In this document: in pieces, positions 11,922 to 20,176 of the stretch | Layout of the letters: each line of letters opens with the position of its first letter | Numbering within the stretch: the first letter of the stretch is position 1 | NCBI GenBank assembly: GCA_963663405.2 | Contig: CAXXSM010000163.1 | Coordinates: 1-39,236, forward strand | Source of the DNA: a bacterium | GTDB lineage: Bacteria > Hinthialibacterota > Hinthialibacteria > Hinthialibacterales > Hinthialibacteraceae | Reading direction: 5' to 3' | DNA: 39,236 bases | Notes under the pieces: model-generated | The model's input: the letters and a program-made list of their open reading frames with translations, nothing else | Databases searched by the model: none | What the model was told of the DNA's origin: nothing | Translations under genes and position numbers: made by a program

Positions 11922-13916
11922 ATGAAGTTCAAAAAGCGTATTGCATACATCATCATTCTTCTAACAAGTATTGGTTTTTCAGGATTTACACAATCGATTG
12001 CGCTACACTCACTCCATCCTAATGAGATTTTTGAGAAAATCGATTTGAATCTCCCTGGATTGGAGCCGGTCAAGGAATCGGTTGAACAAGGAAACCATTC
12101 AGAAGCCTTTAACGCGCTACTCCATTTTTATCGGGATAAATTCCCGAAAAAGACGCTTTCACCCCAATCGGGTACATTTACAAATGCAGACAACATTGTC
12201 AATCATATTTTCCAATGGGGGCCTTATGAATCCGCCGATTATGGGGAAGAGATCAATTGGGAGTGGGATCCTCGAGGCGATATTGAATGGGTAGCCGCTA
12301 TTTATCGTTTCTACTGGGCGAAAACACTCGCTTCCGCTTATGAAGCGAGTCAAGATGAAAAATACGCAAAAGCGTTTGTTGAACTCACAGCGGATTGGAT
12401 TCAAAAACATCCGCTCGAAAATTATAAACAAATCCATCCGGTATATACTCACTGGCGTGGATTTCCGTGGCTGGATATCCAAACCGGTATCCGCGCCACG
12501 AACCTTTGCCAAGTGATTCCTGCCTTTATCCATGCGGAATCTTTCACTCCAGAATTTCTCGGCGTTCTCATGGCAAGCCTGTACGATCACCAAGTTAAAA
12601 CCAAACTCCTTCCTATGAACAAAGTACACAACAAAGCGATATTCGAGCAGCGTGGTTTTATCAATATCGCCCATACCTTCCCTGAGTTCAAAGAATCGAG
12701 GGAATGGTTAGAACTCGCGTTGGACCGGGTAGAAGAGAATTTATTGGCGCAGACGACCAGCGATGGAGTTCAGCGTGAGTGGTCGGGTGGGTATCACTTG
12801 GGCGTTCTTCGAGACGCGGTTGAAATTATGCAAAGGATGAAAGCAGCGGGGATCAATGTGTCTTCAGAATATCTGGATCGAGTACGGAAAATGTATGACT
12901 ACATTTTCGCGATCGCGTCACCCGATCTGGGATTTCCCATGTTCGGTGATGCCAGTAGGCCGCTTGTGAATATGGATGAACAAAGAAGCCGGTGGCCACT
13001 CTATAAAACACTGAAGGAAGCGTCCCAAATTCTTGATGCTAAAAAATATGAAGCGCGAGCGGAACTGGATATCAACAATCTTCCAGATCAGACCAGTTAC
13101 GCGTTTTCTGAAGCCGGTATTTATGCCATGCGGAATGAATGGGGGCCGAACCAGATCTATATGACGCTGCATTGCGCGCCGCCCGCCATCTCCAGCCACG
13201 ATCAACAGGATAACGGAACGTTTGAACTGTACGCGTTTGGGCGGTGGTTGATGCCGGACACTGGATTTTACACGTATGGTCATGACCGGGAAGCGCGGAA
13301 CTGGCACCGGCAGACCTGTGTCCATCAAACACTGACGCTGAATAATGACAACACAAAAGTAGATGGCAAAGAACTTCTTTGGCGAACATCCAGCGATTAC
13401 GATCTCCTTGTTGTGGAAAATCCATCGTATAAAGACTTAATCCATCGGCGCTCTGTGTGGTTTGTGGATAAAACTTTCTTTGTGATTCTAGACGATGCGA
13501 TTGGTCAGGCGGATGGGGATTTGGATCTTCACTTTCAATTCGCTCCTGGCGCTGTGGAAATCAATGCGGAGGAAAAATGGGCGGCCACTCGATTTCAAGA
13601 CGCGAATGTTCTTGTATGGGCGGATATGAACGCCCCGGTATCACTCGAAAAAGAAGAAGGATGGTTTGCTTGGAAATATGGTTCGAGAAAGCCCCGCCAA
13701 GCGATACGCTTCCACCATAATAACCAAGCCCCAGCGACATTTTTAACGCTTGTGGTTCCGTATCAAGGAGTCACGGCTCCCCACGTATCCGCTGCGTTCT
13801 CTCATGAACATACACCTGGATCGGATGAAGTTCAGATACGAGTGAAATACAACAATCAAATTTGGGATATGGGATACGGCTTAGCGAAGAAAAAAGGTTG
13901 GTGTGAAAAGATATGA
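11922..13916 (+). CDS. Heparinase II/III-family polysaccharide lyase, secreted
   Basis: Signal peptide; alpha-helical N-domain with DGVQREWSGGYH and P.FGD; C-domain with HDQQDNGTFEL, D.G.YTY, HQTLTLN, HRRSV.F, as in heparinase III-like (PL12-type) lyases. Confidence 0.85.
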   Translation: MKFKKRIAYIIILLTSIGFSGFTQSIALHSLHPNEIFEKIDLNLPGLEPVKESVEQGNHSEAFNALLHFYRDKFPKKTLSPQSGTFTNADNIVNHIFQWGPYESADYGEEINWEWDPRGDIEWVAAIYRFYWAKTLASAYEASQDEKYAKAFVELTADWIQKHPLENYKQIHPVYTHWRGFPWLDIQTGIRATNLCQVIPAFIHAESFTPEFLGVLMASLYDHQVKTKLLPMNKVHNKAIFEQRGFINIAHTFPEFKESREWLELALDRVEENLLAQTTSDGVQREWSGGYHLGVLRDAVEIMQRMKAAGINVSSEYLDRVRKMYDYIFAIASPDLGFPMFGDASRPLVNMDEQRSRWPLYKTLKEASQILDAKKYEARAELDINNLPDQTSYAFSEAGIYAMRNEWGPNQIYMTLHCAPPAISSHDQQDNGTFELYAFGRWLMPDTGFYTYGHDREARNWHRQTCVHQTLTLNNDNTKVDGKELLWRTSSDYDLLVVENPSYKDLIHRRSVWFVDKTFFVILDDAIGQADGDLDLHFQFAPGAVEINAEEKWAATRFQDANVLVWADMNAPVSLEKEEGWFAWKYGSRKPRQAIRFHHNNQAPATFLTLVVPYQGVTAPHVSAAFSHEHTPGSDEVQIRVKYNNQIWDMGYGLAKKKGWCEKI

Positions 13917-13933
13917 TGAAATGATTCATATTA

Positions 13934-14153
13934 TTGGTTCATCCGGTAAATGAGTACTATTAGTGAATGTTATTTCTAATGAGAAAGCGCATTCCTCTAT
14001 CCCCAGGATTGAAATCCTAGGCTATTATTTATTGTCCCGGAGGGACATTAGATACTAGCCTAGACTTTTAAGTCTGGTTGAACATAGTTCCGCTTTCTTT
14101 CATGAAAAGGTAATTATTTTTTGCTTTACGTACTCATTTACCGGATGAACCAA
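13934..14153. mobile_element. MITE-like non-autonomous element (220 bp) with internal REP-like hairpins
   Basis: Perfect 24-bp terminal inverted repeats TTGGTTCATCCGGTAAATGAGTAC (13934-13957) and GTACTCATTTACCGGATGAACCAA (14130-14153); no coding capacity; internal hairpins CCAGGATT-GA-AATCCTAG, TGTCCC-GGA-GGGACA and AGACTT-TT-AAGTCT. Confidence 0.7.
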
Positions 14154-14159
14154 AAAAAA

Positions 14160-14368
14160 ACAGACAAAACTGCCGAATGATAACTCTTTCATTTATAAGC
14201 GCTTAAGAAAAATCATCCTTTCCACGTCTCTATTTCTTCGACGAAATCGCCGAATCTAAAATCAGGTCCAATCGATCTCCTTGATCGATATATAATTCAC
14301 TAAACTCATAAATTTCAATGACTTATAATCTTTTTACTTAAAAAAACGAATGTGGCATGTTTCTTTCT
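14160..14368 (+). promoter_or_regulatory. sigma54-type promoter region 1: two activator boxes, IHF-like box, -24/-12 element
   Basis: ACAGAC-N6-GCCGAA (14160-14177), TTCGAC-N6-GCCGAA (14237-14254), TAAACTCATAAATTTCAATGACTTATA (14301-14327), TGGCAT-GTTTC-TTTC (14353-14367, non-canonical -12). Same layout as 18925-19131. Confidence 0.65.
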
Positions 14369-14420
14369 TTATGAAGAGGCAAGAGGAATAAAAGACATTA
14401 CACGCACAAGGAGAGAGATC

Positions 14421-15401
14421 ATGAAGAAACATTATGTAATCATCACTTTAGGAATCTTATCAGCGGGATTGTTTGCGCTCACATCACTGGCCCAAAATAA
14501 TGGAAATGGAAAACAAAGGTTATTGGCCACTCCATCCAATTGCCAAGTTGAATCAGCACAGTATGGAGTCCAAATGAAGGGACAGGGTAATGGACGTGGG
14601 CAGGGCGCTCAAAACGCGAATTCGCAAGCCGGCCCTAATAGTAAACGGATGAAGGGACAAGGTAATGGACGTGGGCGGGGAGCCTTTTGCGCCAATTCGC
14701 AATCCGGCCCTAATAGTAAACGGATGAAGGGACAAGGCAATGGACGTGGGCGGGGAGCCTTTTGCGCCAATTCGCAATCCGGCCCTAATAGTAAACGGAT
14801 GAAGGGACAAGGCAATGGACGTGGGCGGGGAGCCTTTTGCGCCAATTCGCAATCCGGTCCTCATGGTAAACGGATGATGGGACAGGGCAATGGACGTGGG
14901 CAGGAAGCCTTTTGCGCTAATTTGCAAGCCGGTTCTAATGGCAGGCGGATGATGGGACAAGGTAATGGACGTGGGCAGGGAGCCTTTTGCGCCAATTCGC
15001 AATCTGGCCCTCATGGTAAACGGATGATGGGACAAGGTAATGGACGTGGACAGGGAGCCTTTTGCGCCAATTCGCAATCTGGCCCTCATGGTAAACGGAT
15101 GATGGGACAAGGTAATGGACGTGGGCAGGGAGCCTTTTGCGCCAATTCGCAATCTGGCCCTCATGGTAAACGGATGAAGGGACAAGGTAATGGACGTGGG
15201 CAGGGAGCCTTTTGCGCCAATTCGCAATCCGGACCTCATAGCAGACGGATGATGGGACAGGGCAATGGACGTGGGCAGGGCGCTCTATCCGCTAATGCGC
15301 AATCCGGCCCTCATGGCAAGGGTCAGGGCAAAGTAAGGCGTCTGGGTAATCAATATGGAATTGAGAAAATAAATAGTGACGAAGTAGAGAATGAACAATA
15401 G
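14421..15401 (+). CDS. Secreted low-complexity tandem-repeat protein (ten 25-aa Gly/Arg/Gln/Asn/Met/Cys repeats)
   Basis: ATG 14421 after an AAGGAGAG RBS; signal peptide MKKHYVIITLGILSAGLFALTSLA; repeat consensus M(K/M)GQGNGRG(Q/R)GAFCANSQSGP(H/N)(G/S)KR. Confidence 0.85.
   Translation: MKKHYVIITLGILSAGLFALTSLAQNNGNGKQRLLATPSNCQVESAQYGVQMKGQGNGRGQGAQNANSQAGPNSKRMKGQGNGRGRGAFCANSQSGPNSKRMKGQGNGRGRGAFCANSQSGPNSKRMKGQGNGRGRGAFCANSQSGPHGKRMMGQGNGRGQEAFCANLQAGSNGRRMMGQGNGRGQGAFCANSQSGPHGKRMMGQGNGRGQGAFCANSQSGPHGKRMMGQGNGRGQGAFCANSQSGPHGKRMKGQGNGRGQGAFCANSQSGPHSRRMMGQGNGRGQGALSANAQSGPHGKGQGKVRRLGNQYGIEKINSDEVENEQ
14574..15323 (+). repeat. Ten tandem 75-bp coding repeats
   Basis: Unit ATGA(A/T)GGGACAAGGTAATGGACGTGGGC(A/G)GGGAGCCTTTTGCGCCAATTCGCAATC...AAACGG repeats with a 75-nt period; variants are clustered (units 2-3 alike, units 6-8 alike). 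Confidence 0.95.
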
Positions 15402-15456
15402 TATTGATTCCACTCAATTCATATTCCAGTTATAAATCAATTTGCGATTCGGTAAA

Positions 15457-15492
15457 AGAGACGATGAGGTTATTCAACACCTCATCGTCTCT
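15457..15492 (+). terminator. Strong hairpin, probable intrinsic terminator after the repeat-protein gene
   Basis: 14-bp perfect stem AGAGACGATGAGGT / ACCTCATCGTCTCT with an 8-nt loop; weak U-tract. Confidence 0.6.
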
Positions 15493-15554
15493 CGCTTGTA
15501 TTATATATAATATTGTTATGTCTAATATTGAATGTTTTAAGGAGTTTTAATCCA

Positions 15555-17591
15555 ATGGAAACAACTCCTCATGGAGAACAATCTCCCGCCTTGTTTTTTA
15601 GATTTTCCACGTTTCGAACAATTGTTTTGATTGTTCTGATATTCGTGATTGCATGGATAGGAATCAGCGCTTCGCATTACCTGCAGTCCAAACGGCAAAT
15701 TCGCGAATTATTCAGGCGTCAAGCGCATGAGATGGCTTCTATGTTAGCCCTGAGCGAACGATCCATGACGCGCGCGTTAGAACGAATCGAAGACGAACAA
15801 GCGTCGCGGCTAACAGCGATTGGATATTGGCTTCGCGATTTGGATTCCCGGCAGACACTCTCGCTTACCGAAATCCAGCGAGTGGCGGATGAAAGCAGCG
15901 CGTTCAATATAGTGCTGTTCAAGCCCACTGGAGAGCGTGACATAGGATTGCGAGGAGGAGGCCCAAGGTACGGCGCGCCTCCTTGGGCGGGAAGAGGCCG
16001 CATGGGGAGAGGACAAAATTCCCAGCACGAACATTCCACAACGAGTTTCCTTGAATCCGGGGAGGAAGCGGCTGTTGAAGGTTTTCACAAAGCCGGCCGG
16101 ATGGGGGAATTCCGTTTCTCTGTTTTTGTACGGCGAAAAAACGGAGGCGCGATTTTAATCAATCTAGATACGGCGATTCAGGAACAACTGCGCCGGGATT
16201 TCGGACCAGAGGCGTTGCTTAGCCAATTTACTGAAAGACCGGAGATTCTTTATTTACGACGGAAACAGGCGGGAACGATCGATATCGATCTGGGCCATTT
16301 CGATCCCACCGAGAATGAATCCAACGCTGAAGCTGTGGAAGTCAACATTCCAGACCAAGATGATTCCTCACTCATCGTAGGATTTGACAACACCGCCATA
16401 CGCAGAACAGAATACGAACTGTTGCAGCGATTACTCCTATCCGCCGGTTTAGCTGCGACTCTAGGAGCCTTGTTGATCATATGGTCGAGACTGACCAGAC
16501 GTCATGGTCAATTGGCGAAAACCTTGGCGCAAATCTCATCCTACCATCGAACCGTGTTGGAAACGATGGATGACGCTGTACTCGCATGGAACGAACACGC
16601 GGGGATGACATTTTGGAATCCGAAAGCCGAATCCTTGTTTCCCGAATTGAGGAATGCCAAATCCACGGGTAAACTGCCATCTCCAATCGCGAAAATCGCA
16701 GACCAAGCGCGGGAGCCCAATTATGAAACAGTGTTCGACCTTGAAGATAAAGAGAAAGGCCCACGCCGGTTCCGGGTAGTCGAACAACATATCGAGCAAC
16801 CTATCCAAACTCGTTTGCTGCTGCTTTCCGATGTGACCGCTGTAGAAAACGCAACACGGGAAAAAGAGAAACGCGAGCATGTAGAAGCGCTGGCGCGGGC
16901 GGCTTCCGGCGTCGCTCATGAAGTGAGAAATCCTTTGAACGCCATTGATATGACGATTCAGACGATGTGTATGGAACCCTCGACGCTCAACGAGGAAGAT
17001 CGCATCACACTTGAATCCCTGCGGGATGAAATCAAACGCATCAATCGAATGGTGGAACACTTCCTCGCCTATGGAAGGCCCCAACCTCCTGTCTTTTCGG
17101 AAACCGATCTAGGCGCTTTGCTAGAGGACGCTGTATCCTTTATGAAACCAGCCGCACAGGAAAAAAGCGTCGAATTACAATTCAAATCCTCAGGTCCTTT
17201 GAAATTCCAGGCGGACGCGCAACAGATCCGCCAGGCGTTGCTCAATATCATCCTGAATGCGATCGAAGCCTCTTCTGAAGGAAGCGTCATTGATCTCCAC
17301 GTGGAATTAGGAGAGGATGGAATCCGCTGCGTCTGCACGGATCATGGAACAGGGATGACGGACGAACAAATTAATACGATCTTTGATCCCTATGTGACAC
17401 ACAAACCCGAAGGCACAGGTTTAGGGATGTGTATCGTAAAACAAATCATAGAATCTCATCAAGGAAGAATCATCATCCATAGTAAACCGGGAGAAGGAAC
17501 GGCGATCGCGTTTCACTTTCCATACGATAAAAAGGATGATTCTCCCGTTAAGGAGCCGGTGAATGCTGAAAAAAACGATTCTCGTCATTGA
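15555..17591 (+). CDS. Membrane sensor histidine kinase (two TMs, periplasmic sensor, PAS-like, HisKA, HATPase); NtrB/ZraS-like
   Basis: H-box GVAHEVRNPLNAI, N-box QALLNIILNAIEA, DHGTGM, IFDPYVT, GTGLGM. Start ATG 15555 after a TAAGGAG RBS. Confidence 0.93.
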   Translation: METTPHGEQSPALFFRFSTFRTIVLIVLIFVIAWIGISASHYLQSKRQIRELFRRQAHEMASMLALSERSMTRALERIEDEQASRLTAIGYWLRDLDSRQTLSLTEIQRVADESSAFNIVLFKPTGERDIGLRGGGPRYGAPPWAGRGRMGRGQNSQHEHSTTSFLESGEEAAVEGFHKAGRMGEFRFSVFVRRKNGGAILINLDTAIQEQLRRDFGPEALLSQFTERPEILYLRRKQAGTIDIDLGHFDPTENESNAEAVEVNIPDQDDSSLIVGFDNTAIRRTEYELLQRLLLSAGLAATLGALLIIWSRLTRRHGQLAKTLAQISSYHRTVLETMDDAVLAWNEHAGMTFWNPKAESLFPELRNAKSTGKLPSPIAKIADQAREPNYETVFDLEDKEKGPRRFRVVEQHIEQPIQTRLLLLSDVTAVENATREKEKREHVEALARAASGVAHEVRNPLNAIDMTIQTMCMEPSTLNEEDRITLESLRDEIKRINRMVEHFLAYGRPQPPVFSETDLGALLEDAVSFMKPAAQEKSVELQFKSSGPLKFQADAQQIRQALLNIILNAIEASSEGSVIDLHVELGEDGIRCVCTDHGTGMTDEQINTIFDPYVTHKPEGTGLGMCIVKQIIESHQGRIIIHSKPGEGTAIAFHFPYDKKDDSPVKEPVNAEKNDSRH

Positions 17592-18948
17592 AGACGAAGC
17601 CTCACAGCGAAAGGCGTTATGCGCGTTTCTTCATAAAAAAAAGTATCAGATCAATGAGGCCGCCAATCAACAAAACGCGCTGGAACTTTTTGAGAAAGAA
17701 ACATTCGACCTCGTATTGAGCGATATGCGCCTTCCTGACGGCAGCGGCGAAACAATTTTGGAACATGTCAAGAAAATCCGGCCCGATGTTCCAGTGATTA
17801 TCATGACCGCGTATGGTAATACATCGCAGGCTGTAGCCGCGATGCGCAACGGAGCGGCCGATTATATAACCAAGCCACTCGATCTCAATGAACTCGATTT
17901 GATCATCCAACGCGAATTGAAACACTCCACTTTGGTCTCCGAAAACCAGCGTTTGCGTGAAATCGTCGAACAACACAGCCGCGCCAAGAATATGGTCGCC
18001 AACAGCCCGGCAATGCAAAACGTCGTCAATACAGCGTTACGCGCCGCGGATTCAGACGCCACGATTCTCATTCTCGGAGAAAGCGGGACAGGTAAGGAAA
18101 TTCTCGCTCGCGCCGTTCACGCCGCCAGCCCACGGGCGGATAATGCGTTCGTGCCCATCCACTGCGCCGCCATGCCGGAAGGATTGATTCAAAGCGAATT
18201 ATTCGGTCATGAAAAAGGCGCGTTCACAGGCGCCACAGCCCGGCGTCAAGGACGATTTGAACAGGCTGATCAGGGAACCGTCTTTATCGACGAAGTCGGC
18301 GACATCCCTCTGAACATACAGGTTCAGCTATTACGAGTTCTTCAAGAACGGAATTTCGAACGTGTCGGCGGCAATCAAACAATAACCGTTAATGTACGAA
18401 TCATCGCCGCCACAAACAAAAATATCCAAGAAGCGATACAAAACCAGGAATTCAGAGAGGATCTTTATTACCGGCTCGGAGTGATTACCGTAGAGTTGCC
18501 TCCCCTCCGAAAACGGAGAGAAGATATCCCGCCCCTGATCCAACATTTTCTAAAACGCTACGCCCCAGGCCGTTCATTGGAAATCTCCCGTGAAGCCCTG
18601 GACCGGTTGATGAAATATCATTGGCCGGGAAATATCCGGGAGTTGGAGAATGTAATTGAGCGAGCGGTCGTTTTATCCCGTGAAGACATAATCTCCACAT
18701 CCGATTTACCTTCCCACATTGCCGCAGATTCCGGCGAGCGGACAATATCGTTAGATCGTTCCCTTCCCGAGTTGGTCCAGGACCTTGAACAGACACTCAT
18801 CCGTCAAGCGCTCCTAAAAGCAAACGGCAACCAATCCCAGGCGGCGCGATTGTTGGGAATCAGCGAACGCAACCTCCGCTACAAAATCAAAAAATACGGC
18901 GATTCCGATCGTGAATCTGATCAATTCGACGAATCCGGCGATCTCTAA
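17563..18948 (+). CDS. sigma54-dependent response regulator (REC-AAA+-Fis HTH), NtrC/ZraR/AtoC family
   Basis: REC (ILVIEDE, DLVLSDMRLP), GESGTGKE, SELFGHEKGAFTGA, FIDEVGD, WPGNIRELEN, GNQSQAARLLGI; overlaps the kinase 3' end. Confidence 0.96.
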   Translation: MLKKTILVIEDEASQRKALCAFLHKKKYQINEAANQQNALELFEKETFDLVLSDMRLPDGSGETILEHVKKIRPDVPVIIMTAYGNTSQAVAAMRNGAADYITKPLDLNELDLIIQRELKHSTLVSENQRLREIVEQHSRAKNMVANSPAMQNVVNTALRAADSDATILILGESGTGKEILARAVHAASPRADNAFVPIHCAAMPEGLIQSELFGHEKGAFTGATARRQGRFEQADQGTVFIDEVGDIPLNIQVQLLRVLQERNFERVGGNQTITVNVRIIAATNKNIQEAIQNQEFREDLYYRLGVITVELPPLRKRREDIPPLIQHFLKRYAPGRSLEISREALDRLMKYHWPGNIRELENVIERAVVLSREDIISTSDLPSHIAADSGERTISLDRSLPELVQDLEQTLIRQALLKANGNQSQAARLLGISERNLRYKIKKYGDSDRESDQFDESGDL

Positions 18949-19131
18949 TCTACTCAATTCACTAATCTTACAGCCAATCCTTTTTATTCCTCTATAATCG
19001 TTCGACCATTTCGTCGAACAACACGCGATTCATCCTACTATTAAATTCTGAAATAGAAAATACATAAACTCAATAAAAACAATATGTTATAGAAAATAGA
19101 AAAATAAAAAACTCTTGGCACGAGTCTTGTA
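18925..19131 (+). promoter_or_regulatory. sigma54-type promoter region 2: two activator boxes, IHF-like box, -24/-12 element
   Basis: TTCGAC-N6-GGCGAT (18925-18942, inside the regulator 3' end), perfect palindrome TTCGAC-CATTTC-GTCGAA (19001-19018), TAAACTCAATAAAAACAATATGTTATA (19065-19091), TGGCAC-GAGTC-TTGTA (19116-19131). Confidence 0.75.
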
Positions 19132-19188
19132 TTTATATCCTGTCACATAGATTCAAACACATAATTTCAAAGCAAGGAGTAAAGAATC

Positions 19189-20016
19189 ATGAAGAAGCAA
19201 TGGTATTATCAATCCGTCATTATTGGCCTCGCGATCAGTTTTCTTTGCGCAGCCAATATCAGCGAAGCGCAAGGCCGCCGGGGAAAAGGACTTTTGATTT
19301 CCGGCTCCCAGAGAACAAACCAGGGAGCCTTCCAAAACAAAGGAATTCAAGGACAAGGTTTGGGTCAGGGATATTTCTTCATCGATCTTGATGGAGACGG
19401 GATCTGTGATAACACGAACGGGCAAGCAGCGCTGGATCCATTAAGTGACGCTGAGGCAGTCACTCTCACATTTATGCGGGAAGAGGAAAAACTGGCCCGT
19501 GATGTCTATCTAGCCCTATACGACTTATGGTCAAATCCCGTGTTTTCAATGATCGCCAGTTCCGAACAAAAACATATGGATGCGATCAAACGTCAGCTGG
19601 ACACGTATGGTCTTACCGATCCCATTCAAGATACAGGCGTCTTCACAAACGGAGAATTACAATCCCTGTATGATTCTTTACTGACTCAAGGAAGCCAATC
19701 TGTATTGGAAGCGTTGAAAGTGGGCGCTCTAATTGAGGAAGTGGATATCGAAGATCTTCAAATCGCCATCACCGAAACAGAGAATCCCGCTTTGTTACAA
19801 GTTTATACGAACCTGTTGAAAGGCTCAGAGAACCATCTTCGCGCATTCGTCCGGCAAATCGAATTCCTGGGTGAAACCTACAACGCGCAACACCTTTCAC
19901 AGGAGATTGTGGATGAGATTCTTGCCAACACCAACAATCAAGGCGGCCGCCGGAATAACCGGGGAATCACGATTCTTGGAAATTCAAAACGCGGAAATGG
20001 ATACGGCGCCCGGTAA
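19189..20016 (+). CDS. Secreted DUF2202 ferritin-like protein
   Basis: Signal peptide; FMREEEKLARDVY, IASSEQKHM, GALIEEVDIEDL, LLKGSENHLRAF (paired ExxH diiron-type motifs); N-terminal FIDLDGDGICD loop. Confidence 0.88.
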   Translation: MKKQWYYQSVIIGLAISFLCAANISEAQGRRGKGLLISGSQRTNQGAFQNKGIQGQGLGQGYFFIDLDGDGICDNTNGQAALDPLSDAEAVTLTFMREEEKLARDVYLALYDLWSNPVFSMIASSEQKHMDAIKRQLDTYGLTDPIQDTGVFTNGELQSLYDSLLTQGSQSVLEALKVGALIEEVDIEDLQIAITETENPALLQVYTNLLKGSENHLRAFVRQIEFLGETYNAQHLSQEIVDEILANTNNQGGRRNNRGITILGNSKRGNGYGAR

Positions 20017-20105
20017 TACAGTTAGAGATTAGCGCATCATACCGCTGGACTTGATGAAAAAAACGAGACAAGAAACAAGAATCCCTAAAAAGATATTTTA
20101 AAAAT

Positions 20106-20139
20106 GGAGAGGAGGTGAGGATAATCTCACCTCCTCTCC
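20106..20139. terminator. Hairpin between convergent genes, probable bidirectional terminator
   Basis: Perfect 14-bp stem GGAGAGGAGGTGAG / CTCACCTCCTCTCC with a 6-nt loop; A-rich tract upstream serves the minus strand. Confidence 0.7.
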
Positions 20140-20176
20140 GCTCTAGTAATTTCAATTGTCGATCAATGAATATTTA

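Noticed and set aside
14553-15239. 228-aa and 78-aa antisense repeat ORFs
   Set aside because: Stop-free frames arise automatically from the tandem repeat; the plus-strand ORF has the RBS, signal peptide and promoter.
14574-15323. Possible CRISPR array
   Set aside because: Units are contiguous 75-bp near-identical repeats with no unique spacers, stay in frame inside a signal-peptide ORF, and no cas genes are present.
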